Notes: generated from the sequence alone by a model not told the origin. DNA of 64,000 nt from Dermatophilaceae bacterium (GCA_049582485.1 JBAUUB010000347.1:258-64257), one strand, 5' to 3'; positions 19,126 through 28,382 are shown, counted from the first letter of the stretch. Translations and numbers: made by a program.

Positions 19126-20958
19126 CTATCGAAGCGCAGCCGTGACGGAGTCCGCAGCCCGAATGAGCGCGAGATGGCTGAAGGCCTGCGGGAAGTTGCC
19201 GGCGAGCCGCCCCGACTCGGGGTCGTACTCCTCGGACAGGAGCCCGAGGTCGTTGGCGAACCCGACCAGGCGCTCCATCAGCGCACGGGCGTCGTGCATC
19301 CGGCCGGAGCAGGCGTACTGCTCGACGAGCCAGAAGCAGCAGATGAGGAACGGGTACTCACGACCCTCGAGTCCGTCCAGCCCGCTCTCCGTGCGGTAGC
19401 GGTGCACCAGTCCGTGCTCGTCGCGCAGGTCCTCCTCGATCGCTGCGACGGTGCCGAGCATGCGCTCGTCGTCGTAGGCGACGAACCCGGTGTGCGGGAG
19501 CTGGAGGAGCGAGGCGTCCACCTCCCGGTTGTCGTAGGTCTGGGTGAACGTCCCTCTCTCGGAGTCGAACCCGTGCTCGAGGATCTCCTCACGCAGGTGT
19601 TCACGCAGCTCCTTCCAGCGCTCCACGTCGCCCGGCAGGCCGTGCTCCTCCACCGCGCGGATCCCCTCGTTGAAGGCGGCCCACATCATCACGCGGCCGT
19701 GGGTGAAGTGGTGCACGTCGCCGCGCATCTCCCAGATGCCGTGGTCCTCGCGGTCGAAGTTGGCCTCGCAGAAGCGGAGCAGGTTGCACTGCAGAGCCCA
19801 CGTGTAGTCGTCCTCCTCCGCGCCCTGGTCGCGCAGTCGAGCCAGGGCGAGCATCACCTCACCGGGCACGTCGGCCTGGTACTGGTCCGCGGCGCCGTTG
19901 CCGATCCGCACCGGCCTGGAGTTCTCGTAGCCGACGAGGTGGTCGAGCTGCCGCTCGTCGAGGTCACGCTCACCGCCGAGGCCGTACATGATCCGCAGGT
20001 CGGCGATGTCGCCCGCCACGGCGCGCAGCAGCCAGTCCCGCCACAGTTTCGCGCCCTCGAGGAAGTCGTGGTCGACCATGACCTCGATCGTCATCGCCGC
20101 GTCGCGCAGCCAGGTGTAGCGGTAGTCCCAGTTGCGCCCGCCGCCGAAGTGCTCCGGCAGCGAGGCCGTCGGGGCGGCGACGATTCCTCCGGTCTTGCCG
20201 TGCGTGAGGGCGCGCAGCACCAGCAGGGAGCGGGTGACCTCGCGGTCGTGGACGCAGTGCGCCTCGACCCGGCCCGCCCAGTCGGTCCAGAACGTCCTGG
20301 TCCGCTCGAGCGCACGGTGCACGTCGACCGGCTCCGGCCGGTCCTCCCACGAGGGGAACCACGTCAGGTCCCACGACAGCTCGTCCCCCTCGGTGATGGT
20401 GAATGACCCGACGAACCGGGGAGCCGTGCCTCCCGAGGTGGTGTCGGCTCCACCGCCTTCCTCACCGGACTGGTCGATCGCGTGGAGACATGGACCGGTC
20501 AGCAGCAACGCGTCCGGACCGGCGATCGAGGACAGCCTCGCCCGGCCATTGTCGGAGTCCTCGAGACGGCGGAACCAGGGCGTCGAGCGCGCGTAGTCGA
20601 AGCGGACCCGCAGGTCGTGGACGACCTCCACCTCGCCCTCGAGGCAGGTCACGATCCGGACCAGGTCACCATGCCCGTCGCCCGGCACGAGGAAGTCGAC
20701 GACCCGGGCGCGCCCGGTCGGCGACTCCCAGACGGTCTCGAGGACGAAGGTGTCCTCCTCGTAGGTCCACGAGGCGACCGTCCCGTCCGTCACCGAGACC
20801 TGCCATCGCCCGTCGTCCGGTCCCCCGAGGATGGCCGAGAACACCGCCGGGCTGTCGAACCGCGGCAGGCACAGCCAGTCCACGCTCCCGTCGCGGGAGA
20901 CGAGCGGACCGGTCCGCAGGTCCGAGAGCAGGGCGTAGTCCTCGAGGTGGGTGCTCAT
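19126..20958 (-). CDS. Glycoside hydrolase family 15 (glucoamylase/trehalase-like)
   Basis: MSTHLEDYALLSD...SVDWLCLPRFDS N-terminus and a YTWLRDAA catalytic-domain motif. ATG at 20958. Confidence 0.85.
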   Translation of the reverse strand: MSTHLEDYALLSDLRTGPLVSRDGSVDWLCLPRFDSPAVFSAILGGPDDGRWQVSVTDGTVASWTYEEDTFVLETVWESPTGRARVVDFLVPGDGHGDLVRIVTCLEGEVEVVHDLRVRFDYARSTPWFRRLEDSDNGRARLSSIAGPDALLLTGPCLHAIDQSGEEGGGADTTSGGTAPRFVGSFTITEGDELSWDLTWFPSWEDRPEPVDVHRALERTRTFWTDWAGRVEAHCVHDREVTRSLLVLRALTHGKTGGIVAAPTASLPEHFGGGRNWDYRYTWLRDAAMTIEVMVDHDFLEGAKLWRDWLLRAVAGDIADLRIMYGLGGERDLDERQLDHLVGYENSRPVRIGNGAADQYQADVPGEVMLALARLRDQGAEEDDYTWALQCNLLRFCEANFDREDHGIWEMRGDVHHFTHGRVMMWAAFNEGIRAVEEHGLPGDVERWKELREHLREEILEHGFDSERGTFTQTYDNREVDASLLQLPHTGFVAYDDERMLGTVAAIEEDLRDEHGLVHRYRTESGLDGLEGREYPFLICCFWLVEQYACSGRMHDARALMERLVGFANDLGLLSEEYDPESGRLAGNFPQAFSHLALIRAADSVTAALR

Positions 20959-21091
20959 CGAGTCAGTCTGGCAAGGCGACAACCCCGCCATGGGGGCCAG
21001 CAACGGGTGGGCTGGTCGCCCCGGCTGAGCCGGCCGGTCCTGGGCCCGGATACTCAGGCGCCGCGAGGCATCGACGCGCCACGCTGGAGGT

Positions 21092-22399
21092 ATGGATCTG
21101 ACGCGTGTGCGGGCCCTGAGCGAGGCGACCCCCGAGACCCGCAACCGGGTCGTCGACGCGCTACGCGCCCTCGCGATCACGGTGGTCGTGCTCGGCCACT
21201 GGCTCGTCGCGGCGGTCGTCGTCCGCGACGGTGAGCTCGTCCCGAGCGCGGTGCTCGACATCGCGCCGTGGAGCCACCCGCTGACGTGGGTCTTCCAGGT
21301 CATGCCGGTGTTCTTCTTCGTCGGCGGATACGCCAACGCGCTGTCGTGGCGGGCGGCGCGCCGCGACGGCAGGCCCTACGCCGACTGGGTGCGGGCGCGG
21401 CTGGTCCGGCTCGGCGCACCCGTGGTCCCGCTGCTGGTGACGTGGCTCGTCCTGGCGAGCACCGCATACGCCCTGGGGGTTCCGGGCTCGACGCTGCGGC
21501 TCGCCTCGCAGGTGGCCCTGGTGCCGACCTGGTTCCTCGCGGCATACGTCCTCGTCGTCGCGGTCGCCCCCGCGACCCTGGCCCTGTGGGAGCGCTGGCG
21601 CTCGTGGAGCGTGCTGGCCGGACTCGGCCTGAGTCTGGCTGTCGATGCGGTGAGTATCGGAACCGGCGAGGTGCTCGTGGGCTTCGCGAACTACCTGGTC
21701 GCCTGGGCGACCGTCCACCAGCTCGGGTATGCGTGGGTCGACGGAGCGCTCGCCTCGCGACTGCGGCGGCTGGCCCTGGCCGGCGCCGGCCTGGTCGGGC
21801 TGTTCCTCGCGGTCGGACCCGGACCGTACCCGGTGTCGATGATCGGGGTGACGGGCGCCGAGCTGAACAACTCCTATCCGACGCGCGCGACGATGGTGCT
21901 GCTCGGCATGCTTCAGGGCGGGATCATCCTCCTCGCCGAGCGCCCGCTCGCCGAGCGGTTGCGCAGCCCGCGACTGTGGACCGCAACCGTCGCCGTCAAC
22001 GCCCGGATCATGACCCTGTATCTCTGGCACCTGACCGCGATGGTGCTCGTCATCGGGCTCGCGCTGCTCGTCGGTGGCGCGGGGCTGCGGTGGGATCCCC
22101 TGTCGGCGGCATGGTGGGCGACCCGGCCGCTGTGGATCGGTGTCCTGGCACTGGTCGTCATGGCGGCGGTCGCGCTGCTGGGTCGGTTCGAGAACCCCCG
22201 GCGGGAGACGCGTCCTCCACCACCGATGTGGGCGGCCGTCCTGGCCGTCGTGCTCACGTGCGGTGGGCTCGGGGTGATGGCGAAGTTCGGCATCGTCGAC
22301 GAGGCCGGGGTGAACTGGGTCTGGCCGCTGCTGCCCATCGCCGCCCAGGTGCTGCTGCGGGTAGTGCCGCGCGCGAAGGCGACCCCTACTCCGCGGTGA
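21092..22399 (+). CDS. Acyltransferase family 3 integral membrane protein
   Basis: RVVDALRALAITVVVLGHW N-terminal signature and about 10 TM segments. Confidence 0.8.
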   Translation: MDLTRVRALSEATPETRNRVVDALRALAITVVVLGHWLVAAVVVRDGELVPSAVLDIAPWSHPLTWVFQVMPVFFFVGGYANALSWRAARRDGRPYADWVRARLVRLGAPVVPLLVTWLVLASTAYALGVPGSTLRLASQVALVPTWFLAAYVLVVAVAPATLALWERWRSWSVLAGLGLSLAVDAVSIGTGEVLVGFANYLVAWATVHQLGYAWVDGALASRLRRLALAGAGLVGLFLAVGPGPYPVSMIGVTGAELNNSYPTRATMVLLGMLQGGIILLAERPLAERLRSPRLWTATVAVNARIMTLYLWHLTAMVLVIGLALLVGGAGLRWDPLSAAWWATRPLWIGVLALVVMAAVALLGRFENPRRETRPPPPMWAAVLAVVLTCGGLGVMAKFGIVDEAGVNWVWPLLPIAAQVLLRVVPRAKATPTPR

Positions 22400-22470
22400 G
22401 ACCGCAACTGCCCGCGACTGGCGGAGCAGAGGTCGCGCAGAGGAGGATCCGTCGCGTCACGGAGGAGCAC
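22378..22470 (+). repeat. Interspersed repeat family 2, copy R2 (compact version)
   Basis: The left arm GCGACCCCTACTCCGC overlaps the acyltransferase 3' end. GCAACTGC core. Right arm GCGGAGCAGAGGTCGCGC. Confidence 0.5.
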
Positions 22471-22600
22471 TCGCCTCGACGGCGCGGATTATCCCCTCCG
22501 AACCTCGCCGGCCGGCGTGGTCATCCACACCGACAGGGTTATCCACAGGCTGGTGTATGCGGTGGAGCCCTCCGCGCGGATCCGCGCCAGGGTTGGGGCC

Positions 22601-23533
22601 ATGGATCGACGACTCCTCACCAAGGCCGGGGCCCAGGGCGGTGTGTTCACCGTGGCCGACGCGATCGCGCTCGGAGTGACCGGCAACGACCTCACGGCCC
22701 TCGTGCGCAGAGGTGAGGTGATCCGGATCCGGCGCGGCGCATACGTGCTCGCGAACGTCTTCGCCTCGGCGGACATCGCCGGCCGATACCGACTGCGCGT
22801 GCTCGCCGTCATGCGATCCCGGCCGCGGAGCGACCGGGCCAGCCACCACTCGGCGCTCTCGCTCCTCGACATCCCGTTCACCTCGGCCCCGCTGGACGCG
22901 GTGCTGGCGGAGAGCCGGGCCAGTGGTCGTCGCACGAGTGGCGGCCTGCACCTGCACCCGCCATCGAGCCAGCCCGGCCTGCGGCTCGGCGACCTCCGGC
23001 TCGTCTCTGTCCCTGTGGCCTGCGTGCAGATGGCTGCGCGCTACGGCTTCGAGGCGGGCGTCTGTGCCATGGACAGCGCGCTGCAGCGCCGTCGCTGCAC
23101 CCGAGAGGAGCTGGAACGTGCGATGGCCGACGTCGACCCCCGCCGCCGCGGCCAGGTCACGCTCGCGATCGCTGCGTCCGAGGCGCTGACCGAGTCGGTC
23201 GGCGAGACCCGGACCCGGATCATCCTGCAGGACGCCGGATTCGCGGTCCGACCACAGGCGGAGATCCGGGACGGGGAGCGCTTCCTGGGGCGGGTCGACT
23301 TCCTCGTCGACGACTGTGTCGTCGTGGAGTTCGACGGCCTGGTGAAGTACGAGGGACTCGCCGGCAGGACGGCGCTCGCCGCGGAGAAGGAGCGGGAGAG
23401 CCGGATCACGCGCCTGGGATACGAGGTGGTGCGGGTCGTGTGGTCCGAGCTCGACCACCCCGTGGGCATCGTCCAGCGGGTGCTCGACGCCCGGTCGACA
23501 GCCCGCGCGCGGCGTGCGGCGATGACGCGGTGA
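22601..23533 (+). CDS. AbiEi-like N-terminal HTH domain fused to a DUF559 / Vsr-like endonuclease-fold domain
   Basis: N-terminus GVFTVADAIALGVTGNDLTALVRRGEVIRIRRGAY. C-terminus RVDFLVDDCVVVEFDG...Y...R. ATG at 22601. Confidence 0.75.
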   Translation: MDRRLLTKAGAQGGVFTVADAIALGVTGNDLTALVRRGEVIRIRRGAYVLANVFASADIAGRYRLRVLAVMRSRPRSDRASHHSALSLLDIPFTSAPLDAVLAESRASGRRTSGGLHLHPPSSQPGLRLGDLRLVSVPVACVQMAARYGFEAGVCAMDSALQRRRCTREELERAMADVDPRRRGQVTLAIAASEALTESVGETRTRIILQDAGFAVRPQAEIRDGERFLGRVDFLVDDCVVVEFDGLVKYEGLAGRTALAAEKERESRITRLGYEVVRVVWSELDHPVGIVQRVLDARSTARARRAAMTR

Positions 23534-23553
23534 GTGGCCTCATCTGCTCATCG

Positions 23554-23670
23554 GCGCGACGCTTGCTCCCCACTGAGACCAATACTCAGTCGGGAGAGCG
23601 CAATTGCGCGCGAACGACGGAGGATCCGGCGAACGACGGAGCAGAGGTCGCGCAGGGGAGGGTCTGTCTC
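23554..23670 (+). repeat. Interspersed repeat family 2, copy R3
   Basis: Left arm GCGCGACGCTTGCTCC, core GCAATTGCGCGCG, right arm GACGGAGCAGAGGTCGCGCAGG. Confidence 0.55.
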
Positions 23671-23693
23671 CCGGGCGGCGAGCGCGCGGGGGA

Positions 23694-24065
23694 TCAGCGC
23701 TCGAGATCGGCGCAGGCGCGCTCCCAGTCCGCGGCCAGCGCCGCGAGGTCTGCGCGGTGGTCGGCGATCGGCGCGCCCCGACCGCCGGGGCCGAGGAGGA
23801 TCCCCTCGTCCGCCCACCGCGCGGCGGCCTCGTCGCGCAGGTGCTCGGGCAGCTCGCCGCGGGCGTTCGTCACGCGCCACCAGGTGACGTTGCCGCCCCA
23901 GTGCCGCATGATCGAGCCGACCTGGCGCGGGCCGATGCCGACGAGCGAGGCCAGGTCGCCGTAGGAGACGAGGCGACCGCGCGGCACGAGCTCGACCGCA
24001 CGCAGCACCCGTTCGACGACGACCTCGTCCACGTCGGTCAGGTTAACCGGGGCTCGCCGGCGCAT
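23694..24065 (-). CDS. MGMT-family DNA-binding protein, alkyltransferase-like (ATL; the catalytic Cys position is Trp)
   Basis: GRLVSYGDLA...NVTWWRVTNARG stands in place of the PCHRV motif. The ATG at 24065 overlaps the trmH-like gene end; an alternative GTG is at 24032. Confidence 0.7.
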   Translation of the reverse strand: MRRRAPVNLTDVDEVVVERVLRAVELVPRGRLVSYGDLASLVGIGPRQVGSIMRHWGGNVTWWRVTNARGELPEHLRDEAAARWADEGILLGPGGRGAPIADHRADLAALAADWERACADLER

Positions 24066-24699
24066 GTGCTGGCGGCGTCCAGCCGTGGACGTGCTGGAGC
24101 GCCCACGTGTGCATCGCAATCGCCGCCGCGGCACCGGCGTTGATCGAGCGGGTCGAGCCGAACTGCGTGATGTGGACGAGCTCCGCACTCGCCGCCCGCG
24201 CCTCGGCGGACAGGCCCGGACCCTCGCCGCCGAAGAGCAGCAGGGCGGCCCGGGGCAGCGCATACCCCTCGAGCGGGAGCGAACCGGCGACGTTGTCGAC
24301 CCCGATCACCGCCAGCGCGTGCTCCCCGGCGAAGCGGACGAGCGAGTCGACGTCCGGGTGGTGGTGCTCGTGCTGGTAGCGGTCGGTGACCATGGCCCCG
24401 CGGCGGTTCCAGCGACGGCGGCCGACGATGTGGAACGCGGCGACGTTGAACGCGTTCGCGGTCCGGATGACCGAGCCGATGTTGAAGTCGTGCGACCAGT
24501 TCTCGACGGCGACGTGCAGGGGGTGACGCCGGGTGTCGAGGTCGGCGACGATCGCCTCGTGCCGCCAGTAGCGGTAGTGGTCCTCGACGTTGCGCCGGTC
24601 CCCCTGACGCAGCAGCTCAGGGTCGAACCGGTCCCCCGCGGGCCACGCTCCGGCCCAGGGGCCGACGCCGACCGAGCGGTCGTCTGCCTCGTGGGACAT
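24043..24699 (-). CDS. TrmH/SpoU family RNA 2'-O-methyltransferase
   Basis: SpoU motifs NIGSVIRTANAF, LLFGGEGPGLS and STRSINAGAAAAIAM. Confidence 0.8.
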   Translation of the reverse strand: MSHEADDRSVGVGPWAGAWPAGDRFDPELLRQGDRRNVEDHYRYWRHEAIVADLDTRRHPLHVAVENWSHDFNIGSVIRTANAFNVAAFHIVGRRRWNRRGAMVTDRYQHEHHHPDVDSLVRFAGEHALAVIGVDNVAGSLPLEGYALPRAALLLFGGEGPGLSAEARAASAELVHITQFGSTRSINAGAAAAIAMHTWALQHVHGWTPPAHAPASPG

Positions 24700-24888
24700 C
24701 GGTGCGGCTCCTTCCGGGTTCTGGCCGCCTCAATCTAACCGGGTCAGGCGGTCGCGACCGCCGGCTCCGGGGTGCGGGCCGTCGAGCGCCGGATCGCGTA
24801 TGCGGCCAGGACTGCCGTGAGCATCCCCAGCGTGCCGGTGGTCACGAAGTCAGTCGCGCGTCCCGGATGCGCCAGGCGGCCGACGCAT

Positions 24889-24930
24889 TCTGAAAGAGTT
24901 GTTTCATCAATGTGAAGGTACTCTTTCAGA
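24889..24930. promoter_or_regulatory. Perfect 10-bp inverted repeat TCTGAAAGAG-N22-CTCTTTCAGA in an AT-rich island; candidate operator of the adjacent ArsR-type regulator
   Basis: Lies 29-70 bp upstream of the ATG at 24959. There is a nested TTCA-N6-TGAA. It is the only clearly AT-rich stretch in this neighbourhood. Confidence 0.5.
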
Positions 24931-24958
24931 TCCCGGGTGGCAACCCTAGAATCGCGAC

Positions 24959-25552
24959 ATGCCGGAATCTCCAGACGAGAGCTCGTCCGCGCCCGACCAG
25001 GCGCCTTCCGACGAGGTGCGCATCACCGACCCCCAGGCCCTGCGGGCCCTCGCGCACCCGGCTCGGCAACAGGTGATCATGGAGCTGTACTCCGGCGAGG
25101 TCCTCACCGCGAGCGAGGCGGCGCAGATCTGCGGGATGACGCCGTCGGCGATGAGCTACCACCTCAGGGTCCTGGAGAGGGCCGGCATCGTCGAGCGGGT
25201 CGAGAGCAGTGACGGCCGTGAGCGGCCGTGGAAGGCTGCGGCTGAGTCCCTGACCATCGACCGCGCCGCACACTCCGGGGCCGGCACGGCGATCCTGCAG
25301 AAGTACACGGGGACGTGGACCGCAGACCTCATCGCCGGCCTCGAGCGGCTCTACGAGGATCTCGGCGCGGAGCAGAACCCCTACGTTCTCAGCCGCGTCC
25401 GATTCTGGGTCACGGACGCGGAGATGCGTGAGTTGGCGGGCGAGATCATCCGGCTCTGGGACCGGTACAAGGGCCGGACCCGGGCCGACCACCCCGAGGG
25501 GGCCCGCCTGCGCGACGTCTACTCGCTCGTCCTGCCCACCGAGGACGGGTGA
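24959..25552 (+). CDS. ArsR-family winged-helix transcriptional regulator with a C-terminal extension
   Basis: LRALAHPARQQVIMELY...LTASEAAQICGMTPSAMSYHLRVLERAGIV. Confidence 0.75.
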   Translation: MPESPDESSSAPDQAPSDEVRITDPQALRALAHPARQQVIMELYSGEVLTASEAAQICGMTPSAMSYHLRVLERAGIVERVESSDGRERPWKAAAESLTIDRAAHSGAGTAILQKYTGTWTADLIAGLERLYEDLGAEQNPYVLSRVRFWVTDAEMRELAGEIIRLWDRYKGRTRADHPEGARLRDVYSLVLPTEDG

Positions 25553-25558
25553 CCGCAG

Positions 25559-26647
25559 GTGGCGGCGTCCGCCGAGGCGACCCGGGAGGCGACCGGCCGG
25601 GCCGGGCGATGGGTGCTGCACGTCGACCTCGACCAGTTCCTCGCCGCGGTCGAGGTGCTACGTCGCCCCGAGCTCGCCGGCCGGCCGGTCATCGTCGGCG
25701 GACGGGGTGACCCGACCGAGCGGGGGGTGGTGTCGACGGCCTCCTACGAAGCCCGCGCTTTCGGCGTCCGCTCCGGCATGGCGCTGCGCATCGCGGCCCG
25801 CCGGTGCCCCGACGCGATCTTCCTGCCCGTCGACTTCGCCGTGTACGAAGCGGCCTCCCGACAGGTGATGGAGGCGCTGCGGTCGGTGCCCGGCACGGTC
25901 GTGGAGGTGCTCGGCTGGGACGAGGCCTTCGTCGGCGTGACCACGGCCGACCCGGACGCCATCGCCGCGCGCATCCGGCGGGACGTCCTCGCCGCAACCG
26001 GCCTGCACTGCTCGGTCGGCATCGGCGACACCCGGGTGCGCGCCAAGATCGCGACCGACTTCGGCAAGCCACGGGGCACCTTCCGGCTGACGGCCGAGAC
26101 CTGGCTCGAGGTGATGGGCGAGCGTCCGGTCAGTGCGCTGTGGGGCGTCGGGCCGCGGATCGCCGCCCGCCTCGGCCGGCTCGGCATCGTCACCGTCGCC
26201 GACCTCGCGAGCGCCGACGACGCACTGCTCGCCGGAGAGTTCGGTCCCCGCACCGGCCCGTACATCGGCGGCCTGGGGCGGGGCGGCGACAGCGCCGTCG
26301 TCGACCCGACCCCGTGGGTCCCCCGGGCGCACGGTCGTGAGACGACGTTCCAGCATGACCTCACCGACGACAAAGAGATCGCCGCCGCCGTCAGGGAGCT
26401 CGCGAACCGCGTCATCGAGGACATCCGCCGGGAGGGTCGCGCCTGTCAACGCGTCCACCTCAAGGTGCGCTTCGCGCCGTTCTTCACCTTCACCCGGGTC
26501 CGCAAGCTCCCGGAGGCGACCTTCGACGCGGAGGTCGTCGCGCATACGGCACTGGAGCTGTTGGCCCGCCTCGAGGACGACCGGCCGATCCGGCTGCTCG
26601 GTGTGCGCGCCGAGATGGTGCCGCCCGACGGGGGCTACGACCGCTGA
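25559..26647 (+). CDS. dinB: DNA polymerase IV
   Basis: VLHVDLDQFLAAVE, SIGIGDTRVRAKIA and the rest of the Y-family core. GTG start. Confidence 0.9.
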   Translation: MAASAEATREATGRAGRWVLHVDLDQFLAAVEVLRRPELAGRPVIVGGRGDPTERGVVSTASYEARAFGVRSGMALRIAARRCPDAIFLPVDFAVYEAASRQVMEALRSVPGTVVEVLGWDEAFVGVTTADPDAIAARIRRDVLAATGLHCSVGIGDTRVRAKIATDFGKPRGTFRLTAETWLEVMGERPVSALWGVGPRIAARLGRLGIVTVADLASADDALLAGEFGPRTGPYIGGLGRGGDSAVVDPTPWVPRAHGRETTFQHDLTDDKEIAAAVRELANRVIEDIRREGRACQRVHLKVRFAPFFTFTRVRKLPEATFDAEVVAHTALELLARLEDDRPIRLLGVRAEMVPPDGGYDR

Positions 26648-26659
26648 CCCAGGGAGCCC

Positions 26660-28342
26660 TCAGGCGCCGAGCTGCCCTCTCCCGCCCAGTCGCAGCCACT
26701 TGAGGCCGTACCCGTGGAGCGCCAGCTCGACCGGGCCCGACTCGACCGGAAGGCCGTCGCGCTCGAGGAGGTCGACCACCTCCATGCCGTCGTCGAGGCC
26801 CTCGACCTCGATGGACACCGACACCGGTTCGGCACCGAGGTTGTGCACCGCGATGACCGCGGACCCGTCGAGATCGCAGCGGTGCGCGAGGACCTGGGGG
26901 TGACCGCTGTCGAGGACGGTGACCTCACCCCAGCCGAGCTCGGGACAGGTGCGCCGGACCGAGATCATCTCGCGCATGAACGTCCACAGACTGTCCGGGT
27001 CGTGGCGCTGGTCCTTGACGTTGACGTGCTCGGGACCGAAGCCACCGGGAACGGGTCGTTGGATGAGCCGGCTCGGCGGAGCGCTCGAGAACCCTCCGCT
27101 CGGCCCGGGGGCCCACTGCATCGGGGTGCGCACCGCCATGCGGCCCTCCGCCTCGAGGTCCTCGCCCATGCCGATCTCCTCGCCGAAGTACAGCGTGGGC
27201 GTGCCGGGCAACGAGAACATCAGGCTGTAGGCCATCCGGATCCGGCGCGGGTCGCCGGCGAGCATGGGCGGCAGCCGCCGCTTCAGGCCGCGCCCGAACA
27301 GCTGCATCTCCTCCTCGGGGCCGAAGGCGTCGAACACCTCCTGACGCTCCTCGTCGGAGAGCTTGTCGAGGGTCAGCTCGTCGTGGTTGCGCAGGAAGTT
27401 GGCCCACTGGCAGGCCTGATGGATGCGCGGGCGCCCCTGCAGGGCCCTGGCGATCGGCTCGGCCTCCATTCGCGCCAAGCCGAGGTAGGTCGCCTGCATC
27501 GTCACGAAGTCGAACATCATCGTCAGCTCGTCGCCGGCGTCGCCGCCGAAGTACTCGAGCTGCTGCTCGTGTGGGATGTTGACCTCGCCGAGCATCATCG
27601 CGGTTCCCTTGCGCCGGGCCAGGAACGCGCGGATCTCCTTGAGGATGTGGTGCGGGTCCGAGGGGACCGCCGGGTCCTTGTCGGCGTCGCCGGAGGTCTC
27701 GACGTCCTCGATGAAGAAGGGCACCGCGTCGACGCGGAAGCCGTCGATGCCGAGCTCGAGCCAGAAGCCGATGACCCGCATGATCTCGTCACGCACCGCC
27801 GGGTTGGCGACGTTGAGGTCTGGCTGGTGGCTGTAGAAGTGGTGGAGGTACCACTGCCCCGTCTTGTCGTCCTTGGTCCAGATCGAGTCCTCCTCGTCCG
27901 GGAAGACGACCTGATCACTGGTGTCCGGGGGTTCGCTGTCCCGCCAGACGTAATAGTCGCGGTACCGGTTGGTCTTGCTGCTGCGCGCTGCCCGGAACCA
28001 CGGGTGCTGGTCGGAGGTGTGGTTGATGATGAGGTCGGCGATCACCCGGATGCCGCGGTCGTGCGCGGTGCGGATGACCTCGACGAGGCGGCCGTGGTCC
28101 CCGAGGCGCGGGTCCACCCCGTAGAAGTCCTTGACGTCGTAGCCGTCGTCGCGGTCCGGGCTCGGGTAGAAGGGCATCAGCCAGAGGCAGTTGATGCCGA
28201 GCTCGGCGAGGTAGTCGATCCGCTCGGCCAGCCCGGCGAGGTCACCGGTGCCGTCCCCGTCGGTGTCGAGGTAGGTCTCGACGTCGAGGCAGTAGATGAC
28301 CGCGCTCTTCCACCAGAGATCAGAGGTCTGTGTCGCCCTCAT
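26660..28342 (-). CDS. GH13 alpha-amylase family protein (alpha-glucosidase / trehalose-synthase-like)
   Basis: WWKSAVIY, DLIINHTS, IDGFRVDAV, GEVN and LRNHDE conserved regions. ATG at 28342 with a GGAGGAGG RBS. Confidence 0.85.
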   Translation of the reverse strand: MRATQTSDLWWKSAVIYCLDVETYLDTDGDGTGDLAGLAERIDYLAELGINCLWLMPFYPSPDRDDGYDVKDFYGVDPRLGDHGRLVEVIRTAHDRGIRVIADLIINHTSDQHPWFRAARSSKTNRYRDYYVWRDSEPPDTSDQVVFPDEEDSIWTKDDKTGQWYLHHFYSHQPDLNVANPAVRDEIMRVIGFWLELGIDGFRVDAVPFFIEDVETSGDADKDPAVPSDPHHILKEIRAFLARRKGTAMMLGEVNIPHEQQLEYFGGDAGDELTMMFDFVTMQATYLGLARMEAEPIARALQGRPRIHQACQWANFLRNHDELTLDKLSDEERQEVFDAFGPEEEMQLFGRGLKRRLPPMLAGDPRRIRMAYSLMFSLPGTPTLYFGEEIGMGEDLEAEGRMAVRTPMQWAPGPSGGFSSAPPSRLIQRPVPGGFGPEHVNVKDQRHDPDSLWTFMREMISVRRTCPELGWGEVTVLDSGHPQVLAHRCDLDGSAVIAVHNLGAEPVSVSIEVEGLDDGMEVVDLLERDGLPVESGPVELALHGYGLKWLRLGGRGQLGA

Positions 28343-28382
28343 CGGTCGCCTCCTCCTTGGGTATCCGCCCTCTGTGTCGCCC

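Noticed and set aside
22489-22547. Chromosomal replication origin (oriC), suggested by the perfect DnaA box
   Set aside because: There is no dnaA, dnaN or rpmH context, only three boxes, and no AT-rich unwinding element. The site lies inside a promoter region of an accessory gene.
24702-24893. 63-aa plus-strand ORF between trmH and the ArsR-type gene
   Set aside because: The translation is Arg/Gly-rich and has no RBS. The opposite strand carries a more plausible short hydrophobic ORF, and the region is mostly promoter and operator.
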